Position numbers and translations under genes: made by a program. Source: a virus (Duplodnaviria > Heunggongvirae > Uroviricota > Caudoviricetes). From it: 37,073 nt of DNA. This document shows, piece by piece, positions 8,976 to 16,506 of the stretch. The number at the start of each line of letters is the position of its first letter. The stretch's first letter is position 1. The DNA lies in the IMG/VR virus record IMGVR_UViG_2778261421_000003, positions 1 through 37,073 of that record; one strand, 5' to 3'. Under the pieces are notes generated by a model. It saw nothing but the letters and a program-made list of their open reading frames with translations, did no database searches and had not been told where the DNA came from.

Positions 8976-9564
8976 CATTTTCCTGAGTCTGCCTGGTTGT
9001 TTCTTCAGCCTGTATATCGCCTACAGGGTGATAACGATAAATCGTCGATATGCCGATGTCGTAAATGATCGCCAGTTGTTTCCTGTCATGACCGTTTTTA
9101 ATCAGCCTCGCTATTTGCTCGTGTTGTTCTTTTGTCAACTTCGGGCGACGTCCGCCAATGCGTCCTTGTGCGCGTGCTGCTGCCAGCCCGGCCAGTGTAC
9201 GCTCTACAATTAATTCACGTTCCATTTCGGCTAAAGCCCCCATGACGTGAAAAAAGAAACGCCCCATGGGTGTTGACGTGTCAATGCTGTCCGTCAGACT
9301 ACGGAAATTAACACCTTTTTCCCGCAATTCCTCAATAAGCGTGATCAGGTGTTTCATACTTCTGCCCAGTCTGTCCAGCTTCCAGACAACCAGCGTATCT
9401 CCTTCTGATAGCGTTCTGAGCAGTTTTTTCAATCCCGGTCTGGTTGATTTCGTTCCGCTGATTTTATCTTCAAAAATCAGTTCACATCCTGCGCAGTTCA
9501 GTGCATTGCGTTGTAAATCCGTGTTCTGGTCGTTTGTTGACACACGAATATAGCCAATTTGCAT
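8965..9564 (-). CDS. pin: Serine DNA invertase of the Hin/Gin/Cin/Pin family
   Basis: True start is the ATG at 9562-9564 (MQIGYIRVSTNDQNTDLQ), giving the catalytic-serine motif of small serine recombinases and a C-terminal HTH (GISTIYRY). The upstream extension in the ORF track is rejected. Confidence 0.85.
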   Translation of the reverse strand: MQIGYIRVSTNDQNTDLQRNALNCAGCELIFEDKISGTKSTRPGLKKLLRTLSEGDTLVVWKLDRLGRSMKHLITLIEELREKGVNFRSLTDSIDTSTPMGRFFFHVMGALAEMERELIVERTLAGLAAARAQGRIGGRRPKLTKEQHEQIARLIKNGHDRKQLAIIYDIGISTIYRYHPVGDIQAEETTRQTQENENR

Positions 9565-9578
9565 AAAAAACATCCTCT

Positions 9579-10097
9579 TTGTTTCGTGAAAAATACAGAG
9601 TTGGTATAGGTAGGGATAAAAACGAAAACGTTGGTTTGGGGGAAGGCTCTGCATTGCCTGTTGGTGTACCGGTTCCGTGGCCCACCGCCACACCGCCAGA
9701 AGGCTGGTTAAAGTGCGACGGGCGCGCCTTTACAAAAGAACAATATCCTGTTCTGGCCAGAGCCTACCCGACCCTCCGTCTTCCCGATTTACGCGGTGAA
9801 TTTATTCGTGGCTGGGATGACGGACGTGGTGTGGATGCCGGGCGACAATTATTATCTTCACAGGGGGATGCAATAAGAAATATTGAGGGATTCGCAGATG
9901 GCGGGATCGGTATGTCTTTTGATGCAATCAGAGGGGCTTTTTACGATGCAGGAACACGATCAGCGAGAATGCCGAATAACACAACTACTATAGACAAAAC
10001 CGATGACCTTGGATTCGACGCCTCTCGTGTCGTGCCAACAGCTAATGAAAACCGTCCTCGTAATATTGCCTTTAATTATATCGTAAGGGCGGCATAA
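9579..10097 (+). CDS. Promoterless alternative tail-fibre C-terminal cassette 1 (inverted orientation)
   Basis: Encodes LGLGEGSALPVGVPVPWPTATPPEGWLKCDGRAFTKEQYPVLA ... NIAFNYIVRAA, sharing both its first 65 aa and its last 12 aa with the C-terminus of the minus-strand fibre gene H. The middle is divergent. Confidence 0.6.
   Translation: MFREKYRVGIGRDKNENVGLGEGSALPVGVPVPWPTATPPEGWLKCDGRAFTKEQYPVLARAYPTLRLPDLRGEFIRGWDDGRGVDAGRQLLSSQGDAIRNIEGFADGGIGMSFDAIRGAFYDAGTRSARMPNNTTTIDKTDDLGFDASRVVPTANENRPRNIAFNYIVRAA
9625..9830 (+). repeat. Conserved 5' cassette repeat containing crossover candidate A
   Basis: About 200 bp nearly identical to 10096-10310 and to the reverse complement of 11510-11721. 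Begins AAAACGTTGGTTTGGGGGAAGGCTC, which contains a GGTTT half-site like hix/gix sites. Confidence 0.6.
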
Positions 10098-10310
10098 AAA
10101 CGTTGGTTTGGGGGAAGGCTCGGCGCTGCCCGTTGGTGTACCTGTTCCGTGGCCCACTGCCACACCGCCAGCAGGCTGGTTAAAGTGCGACGGGCGCGCC
10201 TTTACAAAAGAACAATATCCTGTTCTGGCCAGAGTCTACCCGACCCTCCGTCTTCCCGATTTACGCGGTGAGTTTATCCGTGGATGGGACGACGGGCGCA
10301 AAGTTGATAC
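10096..10310 (+). repeat. Conserved 5' cassette repeat containing crossover candidate B
   Basis: Direct repeat of 9625-9830 and inverted repeat of 11510-11721. Confidence 0.6.
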
Positions 10311-10620
10311 AGGACGTAAGTTGCTGTCCGCACAAGGGGCAACGCTGTTAAGAACAGCAATGCTGGATTATTATAACCAGGACACTACGGGAACCTCGGG
10401 GATAGTCGGCATGGGATTCAACAATGAAGATTCCATTACAGACCTTCGTGAGGGCAGCTTTAAAATGCCGGACGGGACAACATTCAGCGATCCTGTCATA
10501 GCAATGTCAGACAATGGTATGCAGGCTACTATTCTGACCTCTATCAGAAGCGGGTATGCGAAGGGTATCACTGTCAGACCCCGTAGCATTGCACTTAATT
10601 ACATTGTGAGGGCAGTTTAA
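10108..10620 (+). CDS. Promoterless alternative tail-fibre C-terminal cassette 2 (inverted orientation)
   Basis: Same conserved head (GEGSALPVGVPVPWPTATPPAGWLKCDGRAFT) and tail (SIALNYIVRAV) with a different middle. Directly followed by a tail fibre assembly gene. Confidence 0.6.
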   Translation: MGEGSALPVGVPVPWPTATPPAGWLKCDGRAFTKEQYPVLARVYPTLRLPDLRGEFIRGWDDGRKVDTGRKLLSAQGATLLRTAMLDYYNQDTTGTSGIVGMGFNNEDSITDLREGSFKMPDGTTFSDPVIAMSDNGMQATILTSIRSGYAKGITVRPRSIALNYIVRAV

Positions 10621-11234
10621 TGAGTAACACTGCAGTTCTGGATGAAAACGGTATCGCCACTGTAGCGGGCGATATCACTGTATATCACTATGACGAGGAA
10701 ACCCGGGAATACACCTCATCCTCTGTGGAGTATCTCGCCCTTGGGGTGGGTACTCCGGCACATTCGTGCGCCGATGCACCGCCGGAGGCAATTTCGGGTT
10801 ACGTGGTTTGCCGGACTGCCACGCTGAACGGGTGGGAGCATGTGCCTGATCACCGCGGCGAGACGGTATACAGCACGGAGAACGGTAACCCCGTTCTGAT
10901 TACCCAACCGGGTGATTACCCGGCGGACACCACCACAAAACAGCCAGCCACGCCATGGGATACCTGGAACGGTGAGGCGTGGGTAACCGATACTGAACGG
11001 CAGCGAACCGCAGAACTGGAGGTTGCCAGACAGCAACGCCAGCAACGGGTGAAACAGGCGATGGCGTCCGTCGATCTTATCAACCTCAAACTGCGTGCTG
11101 GTCGCAGTCTGACACCAGAAGAAACGGCAAAACTGAACGCCGTGCTGGATTATATCGACGAGCTGAACGCACTGGATATCAGCACGGCACCTGAAATCAG
11201 CTGGCCGGAAGCGCCACTGGCACTTGCCAGTTGA
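10620..11234 (+). CDS. Tail fibre assembly chaperone (Tfa, P2 gpG-like)
   Basis: 204 aa; the C-terminal region (APEISWPEAPLA, ERQRTAELEVARQQRQQR) resembles P2 G and Tfa proteins. Co-oriented with cassette 2 and opposite to the current H gene. Confidence 0.7.
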   Translation: MSNTAVLDENGIATVAGDITVYHYDEETREYTSSSVEYLALGVGTPAHSCADAPPEAISGYVVCRTATLNGWEHVPDHRGETVYSTENGNPVLITQPGDYPADTTTKQPATPWDTWNGEAWVTDTERQRTAELEVARQQRQQRVKQAMASVDLINLKLRAGRSLTPEETAKLNAVLDYIDELNALDISTAPEISWPEAPLALAS

Positions 11235-11240
11235 ACGGTA

Positions 11241-12965
11241 TCACGCCGCCCTCACGATATAGTTAAACGCGATATTGCGGGGGCGGGTTATGTTAAAGAA
11301 TGCTCCGTTTAATTCGGCTTTTGCGCGACTGTTTGTTCCACCCAGTATTGCGTACCACAAATAATCGCTACGGTAATTCCCCGCAAACACCTTATCGCCG
11401 CCATAGTCAATATTATTTCCGTTACTCATGTACGAGATATCAAGCGCAGAATCGTTATCGTCATGACCGCCGACCAGTGTACCTTTCTGCCATGAAAGCA
11501 ACTTACGCCCCTCGTCAATCTTGCGCCCGTCGTCCCATCCACGGATAAACTCACCGCGTAAATCGGGAAGACGGAGGGTCGGGTAGACTCTGGCCAGAAC
11601 AGGATATTGTTCTTTGGTGAACGTAGCTCCGTTGCACTGTAACCAGCCTGCTGGCGGTGTGGCGGTGGGCCATGGAACCGGTACACCAACAGGCAATGCA
11701 GAGCCTTCCCCCAAACCAAGGTAATTGAGGACATCTTTTATACTGCCCTTAGCGATAATAGCGCGACCAATAGCTGTAAGGGTTGCCAGCGCTGCGCGGT
11801 CTGCTCCGGTAAAATAAGGCAACCGATCTGCTGCAGTGGCAAGTCCTGCCAGAGCAGTGAGCGTGGCATCTGCCGGTTGTTTTCCGTTTGCCAGATCGTA
11901 TGCATCCTTGACCGCTTTCGGTGTGGCGGCCAGTATTTCAGACGTGCTGTTGATGGCATTGCTCAGTTGTACGGTGCCTTTTGCCGTCAGCGAGGCAGCA
12001 GGCACTCCCGTTATCTGACTCCATGGGTGAGTGTGGCTGACGGGGGCCTTGCCGGCTGCAAGGTCGTATGCCGCCTTGACGGCCTTTGGTGTGGCGGCCA
12101 GCGTTTCAGACGTGCTGTTGATGTCACTGCTCAATTGTACGGTGCCTTTTGCCGTCAGCGAGGCAGCAGGGACTCCCGTTATCTGACTCCACGGATGAGT
12201 GTGGCTGACGGGGGCCTTGCCGGCTGCAAGGTCGTATGCCGCCTTGACGGCTTTTGGTGTGGCGGCCAGCGTTTCAGAGGTGCTGTTGGTGGCACTGCTC
12301 AGTTGTACGATCCCTTTACGGGTCGTTGTTGCATCCTGGGCTGTGTATTTTCCCCAGGCCAGATCATACGCGATTTTCACAGCCTTCGGCGTGGCAGCCT
12401 CAGTTTCTGATTGACTGTCCGTGGCACTGCTAAGTTGAACAAAGCCTTTTGCGGTCAGCGAGGCGTCCGGGTGACGTCGTGACTGCTCGTGCTCTGATAT
12501 TTTATCATCCACATATTTGCGGGTTGCCAGAACCACAGACGGGTCGATTTTCAGCGTGATGGCTTCGGTGTTCGTGACAACCAGAATCATGCGGATAGTC
12601 TGGGTGCGTCCACTGCCTTCCTGCAACTGCGGTTTGTACGTTTCCGGGCAGTTTGCCACCGCAATGAGTACACCTTTATCATCATAAAGACCAATCTCAC
12701 GGATCCAGAATCCTCCCTCGCTTTCAGGGATGATTTGCTCCGCAATAATCTGGCTCTGATTGTTAGGGTCAACACTCAGAAGATTCAGCGGTGCAATGCG
12801 TTTCTGGTTAATCAGTTTTGTTTGTGCAGGGTCTGGTGTTGGTAACACACCATTTGCATCACCAACGGCCATTTGCGTCAGATTCAGCTTACTGCCGAGC
12901 ATCGTCGCGTTAGCCAGTCGTGCCGCGCCCTGATTAGTCAGAATGGCGTAGTATTTCACTGTCAT
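11241..12965 (-). CDS. H: Tail fibre protein gpH with the currently expressed C-terminal cassette 3
   Basis: 574 aa; the N-terminus resembles P2 H, the middle has tandem repeats, and the C-terminal 135 aa carry the cassette head and the FNYIVRAA tail. Confidence 0.85.
   Translation of the reverse strand: MTVKYYAILTNQGAARLANATMLGSKLNLTQMAVGDANGVLPTPDPAQTKLINQKRIAPLNLLSVDPNNQSQIIAEQIIPESEGGFWIREIGLYDDKGVLIAVANCPETYKPQLQEGSGRTQTIRMILVVTNTEAITLKIDPSVVLATRKYVDDKISEHEQSRRHPDASLTAKGFVQLSSATDSQSETEAATPKAVKIAYDLAWGKYTAQDATTTRKGIVQLSSATNSTSETLAATPKAVKAAYDLAAGKAPVSHTHPWSQITGVPAASLTAKGTVQLSSDINSTSETLAATPKAVKAAYDLAAGKAPVSHTHPWSQITGVPAASLTAKGTVQLSNAINSTSEILAATPKAVKDAYDLANGKQPADATLTALAGLATAADRLPYFTGADRAALATLTAIGRAIIAKGSIKDVLNYLGLGEGSALPVGVPVPWPTATPPAGWLQCNGATFTKEQYPVLARVYPTLRLPDLRGEFIRGWDDGRKIDEGRKLLSWQKGTLVGGHDDNDSALDISYMSNGNNIDYGGDKVFAGNYRSDYLWYAILGGTNSRAKAELNGAFFNITRPRNIAFNYIVRAA
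11510..11721 (-). repeat. Conserved cassette repeat inside H containing crossover candidate C (inverted relative to A and B)
   Basis: Reverse complement of 11701-11721 is CCTTGGTTTGGGGGAAGGCTC, matching the starts of repeats A and B. Confidence 0.6.
11830..12420. repeat. Tandem 168-bp (56-aa) repeats in the H shaft
   Basis: Units starting about 12001 and 12170 are nearly identical (protein repeat ...TAKGTVQLSS.INSTSE.LAATPKAVKAAYDLAAGKAPVSHTHPWSQITGVPAAS); more diverged copies flank them. Confidence 0.7.
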
Positions 12966-13603
12966 GCGTTTACTCTCAGATTATCAATTAAATGAATGGC
13001 CGGGGCAGGGAAATAATCCCCTTCGACAATAATGGACTCCGGGGTGTAGGGATAAACCGTCAGGGCATCGCCGTGATAGCATCCCGTACCAACGAAAATC
13101 TTTCCGTTCACACTCAGGCTGATCGCCAGCCCCGTCAGATGGCGACTTACTGGTTTTGCATCCGCAATAAGGCGCTCAAGTTCCTGATACATTTCATCGG
13201 TGATGCCCTGATCAAGTACTCCGACAACAATGCGAAATGTCCCTGGCTCCTCATTGAGTTGCCACCACTCCTTTACTTCAATCAGGTAGCCGAGAGGCTC
13301 CACGGCTCTTCGCAGTGCGCTGATGGTCCCTTTGTGTCGGTGTATCAGCCATGCATCACGAATCACCTGTCGCTTTGTCTCTTCCGGCCAGTTGCGATCC
13401 CAGCGGTCAACGGAAAACGCCCAGGCGAGATAAGGCAGCAGATGCACCGGGCAGGTGTCCGGCGACCACAGCGTGTTGAGGTCTACCGGAATGTCTGTAA
13501 TGCGTGTTCCGACGGCTTCGGCACAACGCATGAAATTGCTGGCTGATGGTGGTAACAACGAATTACTCATTGCGTCCACCTTCGCTGATGGTGAATGACT
13601 CAC
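12962..13603 (-). CDS. I: Baseplate assembly protein gpI
   Basis: 213 aa directly upstream of H with overlapping stop/start; position and size fit P2 I. Confidence 0.7.
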   Translation of the reverse strand: MSHSPSAKVDAMSNSLLPPSASNFMRCAEAVGTRITDIPVDLNTLWSPDTCPVHLLPYLAWAFSVDRWDRNWPEETKRQVIRDAWLIHRHKGTISALRRAVEPLGYLIEVKEWWQLNEEPGTFRIVVGVLDQGITDEMYQELERLIADAKPVSRHLTGLAISLSVNGKIFVGTGCYHGDALTVYPYTPESIIVEGDYFPAPAIHLIDNLRVNA

Positions 13604-14459
13604 AGCGCGCCGCCTGTATGTCGCTGATGGCCATATTCTGTGTGGGTTCGATTATCTCCACGCGTTGCACACCGTGCACATGCAGTGCGGCAGCAATGGC
13701 GGACAACGCCACGTCCTGACCGATAAGCCCCTGCTCAGCCAGCCACTTCCTGAACGACGATTCAGCCGCGGCCAGAATAGGTTCGGATTCCGGGCCGGGG
13801 TAAAAGTACAGTTTTGCATTCAGCCGCCATGTCACGATTCTGGCGCTCTGTACGGTCAGGCGGTCGGCCACCGGGCGGGTATCCTCTGCATTCAGAACGG
13901 CGCGAACGGTATTAAGCAACGCCTCCGTTGCTGTGCCGTCGCCTTCAGTGGACAGGATGGAAACCGTCACGTTGGCCGGAGACGGGCTGATGGCTCGCGC
14001 GTCGCGTACCAGACCGCTGGCGCTGCGTGCAAAATACTCGTATGCGCCTGACGGGCCAGCAACACTCAGACCGTCATACGCCCGTTGCGCCCGCAGTCTC
14101 AGCGATGTGTCGCTTTCCATCACCGCGTCGGTGGTATCCGTTGCCGGAGTGATAACCAGGCGCTTTGTGTTCATATTGCCCGCGAGGTTGTCCAGGTCTG
14201 TCCCGGCGCTGTGGCTTAACATGCAGGCGCGTGCACCCTCATTGACCCGCTGGCGTAACAGCATTTCACGAAACGCTGTTGTCTGGGCGATAACGTTCAG
14301 GGGTTCCGATTCCAGCTCCAGCGCGGCGGAGACGGCTTCACGCTGTTCGGCAGGATAGGACGCAATCATCATGGCCTTTGTGTCAGCCAGAATTGCCTCA
14401 AAATCAGGCTTCGCGATGATGGCGGGTTCCGGTAACTGGGAAAGGTCAACAGCAGGCAT
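13563..14459 (-). CDS. J: Baseplate assembly protein gpJ
   Basis: 298 aa (P2 J is about 300 aa) between W and I. Confidence 0.75.
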   Translation of the reverse strand: MPAVDLSQLPEPAIIAKPDFEAILADTKAMMIASYPAEQREAVSAALELESEPLNVIAQTTAFREMLLRQRVNEGARACMLSHSAGTDLDNLAGNMNTKRLVITPATDTTDAVMESDTSLRLRAQRAYDGLSVAGPSGAYEYFARSASGLVRDARAISPSPANVTVSILSTEGDGTATEALLNTVRAVLNAEDTRPVADRLTVQSARIVTWRLNAKLYFYPGPESEPILAAAESSFRKWLAEQGLIGQDVALSAIAAALHVHGVQRVEIIEPTQNMAISDIQAARCESFTISEGGRNE

Positions 14460-14462
14460 GAT

Positions 14463-14813
14463 TTACTCCCTCAGCGTGATGGTTAACTCAACATTCTGCA
14501 TGGTCTGCATGACAGTGCCCGACAGCGTCACCCCGGCGCGGCCTCCCGCTTTCCAGACAACGTCGATGGCGTCCAGGGCAATGCGGGGTTCCCATCGTGT
14601 CAGCGCAATCACGGCAGCACTCATGCATTGCAGACGCGTGGTGTTATTCATGGGTTCGTCAATCAAATCAGGTACAAGGCTGCCATATTCCCGTCGCATA
14701 ACCCGGCTGGCCAGCGGGGTGGTCAGGATGTCCCTGGCTGACTGTTTCAGGTGCTCCATATCATTCAGGTTTCCCGTCCCGTCCGGATTCATTCCTGTGT
14801 AGCGGGTTGTCAC
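14463..14813 (-). CDS. W: Baseplate wedge protein gpW
   Basis: 116 aa (P2 W is 115 aa), between V and J. Confidence 0.75.
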   Translation of the reverse strand: MTTRYTGMNPDGTGNLNDMEHLKQSARDILTTPLASRVMRREYGSLVPDLIDEPMNNTTRLQCMSAAVIALTRWEPRIALDAIDVVWKAGGRAGVTLSGTVMQTMQNVELTITLRE

Positions 14814-15391
14814 TGCGGGCCTCCTGTCGAATCGCTGCCGCCTTTCACACCACCGTGTTTATGCGTATGCACTGTGATGCCGTTTGAGGTGAAGTTGCCG
14901 CCGCTGTGCGTGATATTGCCGCTCATCTTTCCCCCTTTTGTGACGTCAAGCGTCGCTGTTCTCAGAAGGTTTGTGCATTCCACGACGGGCGTATCCAGTG
15001 TCACGCTGACGGATGCCTGCAGGGTGGCTGTTTTCATGCCGCTGGCGCTCAGTGCGCCAGCGTCTGCGTCGTAGCGGAACACCGCGCCATCCGGCGCGCT
15101 GACCACGATTTCTTTCAGGCTTTTGCCGGGGGCCGGACTGGCATCACTCCACAGGCTGCCAATTATCATGGCGGTTTCCGGGTTGCCGCCAATGCAGGCA
15201 ATTACCACCTGTTCGCCTGGTGATGGCGGCAGCCACACATTGAAGGCTCCCGCGCGCGTGGTGTTCCAGCGCAACCAGCCTGTTTCCAGTTCGCCGCTGC
15301 GAACGCGCACGCGCCAGGACTTCTCATCAACTTCAGAGATGATCCCGGTGCGGATGATGTTGCTCAGCAGTCGCATGAGTTCTGCGCTCAC
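14810..15391 (-). CDS. V: Baseplate hub/spike protein gpV
   Basis: 193 aa; the C-terminal region (HTHKHGGVKGGSDSTGGP) resembles the P2 V spike tip. Confidence 0.75.
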   Translation of the reverse strand: MSAELMRLLSNIIRTGIISEVDEKSWRVRVRSGELETGWLRWNTTRAGAFNVWLPPSPGEQVVIACIGGNPETAMIIGSLWSDASPAPGKSLKEIVVSAPDGAVFRYDADAGALSASGMKTATLQASVSVTLDTPVVECTNLLRTATLDVTKGGKMSGNITHSGGNFTSNGITVHTHKHGGVKGGSDSTGGPQ

Positions 15392-16032
15392 CGTACAGCC
15401 TCCGCAATCCGGCCCAGCACCGTGTTATAAATCAGGCGCTCATCTGCCTGGCTGATACCCAACAGCTCACGTACCGGGTAATCGGTGAAAATGCCCGGCG
15501 CAACCTGATCGCGCTCACCGAACTGATGAACGCGTGCAATACGTGCGGCCACGCCGCTGTAACCCACCGTCACACCGGAGGCATCTGCACGGGCTTTCAG
15601 GTAGCGGGCGGTGCGCAGTTTTACGAACATGGGGACGCGCTTTGTGCTGTCCTGGTTGATGCGCCGGGTGCGTATTTCCAGAAAACGGTCGATGTCATCC
15701 CGGTAAAACGTGCGGATATTGTTTTTATCCTCATCCCACCCGGTAATGGTTCGCCCGTATTTCCCCGTGTCGTGATGCCAGTTTTTCAGCGTGCGTGCTT
15801 CGTTATTCCAGATAAAGCGAATGCGCTCCTGTATCCGGGTTACGCGGCGTCTGCGTGGTGTCCATTCGGTCCCGTCCGGCGCTTTTTGTGATCGGATACG
15901 TGCCTGCTGGGCGCGACGTAAATCCTGTGCCAGCTTTCTGGCGATGTTATTGATGGCCTGCTGATTCAGGCTGTCGCGGATAGCCTCAAAGGTTTCATCC
16001 ACGCTGGTGAATGCCTTATCCATCGCTTTCAC
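15388..16032 (-). CDS. S: Virion morphogenesis / tail completion protein (gpS-like)
   Basis: 214 aa between R and V on the late strand. Confidence 0.6.
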   Translation of the reverse strand: MKAMDKAFTSVDETFEAIRDSLNQQAINNIARKLAQDLRRAQQARIRSQKAPDGTEWTPRRRRVTRIQERIRFIWNNEARTLKNWHHDTGKYGRTITGWDEDKNNIRTFYRDDIDRFLEIRTRRINQDSTKRVPMFVKLRTARYLKARADASGVTVGYSGVAARIARVHQFGERDQVAPGIFTDYPVRELLGISQADERLIYNTVLGRIAEAVR

Positions 16033-16483
16033 CCCACGTCACATCCTGGAATACATGCGACCAGTCGCCTTCGGAAGAGGGCAGACGGGGTTTTGGCTCC
16101 GGCAGGTGTTCTGCCTGCGGTGTGCCCTGACTGTTGCGCGTGATGCGAACGCGTTCCCGCAGGGGGAGCGTAAACAGGAGATCGGCGCTGTCATCGTCAT
16201 TGATAACGGCAGAAAATTTGATGTCCTGATTACGCTCCGGATTGAGCAACAACTGTGGCTGATTTTCGGATAACCACGCCAGCAGCGGCAGCGTGAGGTC
16301 GTCCAGCTCTCCGGCGTAATCCATGACAAACATCACCATCTGATAGCGGTAAACAAACGAGGGCGCTTCTCCGGTCGTTTCAATGTTGCCGCTCTCCACG
16401 AAAATGGTGAATTTCTCGGGATTAGCCTGGCACCACCGACACCCATGAAGCATGGACTCTCGCAGACTGTTTGTCTTAAGCAT
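16016..16483 (-). CDS. R: Tail completion protein gpR
   Basis: 155 aa (P2 R is 155 aa), upstream of S. Confidence 0.7.
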   Translation of the reverse strand: MLKTNSLRESMLHGCRWCQANPEKFTIFVESGNIETTGEAPSFVYRYQMVMFVMDYAGELDDLTLPLLAWLSENQPQLLLNPERNQDIKFSAVINDDDSADLLFTLPLRERVRITRNSQGTPQAEHLPEPKPRLPSSEGDWSHVFQDVTWGESDG

Positions 16484-16506
16484 CTGTTTTGCTCTCCTGC
16501 TCTTCC

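Noticed and set aside
8965-9693. 242-aa version of the invertase ORF
   Set aside because: The recombinase catalytic motif begins at the internal MQIGYIRVSTNDQ; the upstream 43 codons overlap the cassette repeat and are not part of Hin-family proteins.
11877-12410. 177-aa Cys/Gly-rich repetitive ORF on the plus strand
   Set aside because: It is the antisense reading of the tandem repeats inside tail fibre gene H; the repetition reflects the H repeats, not a separate gene.
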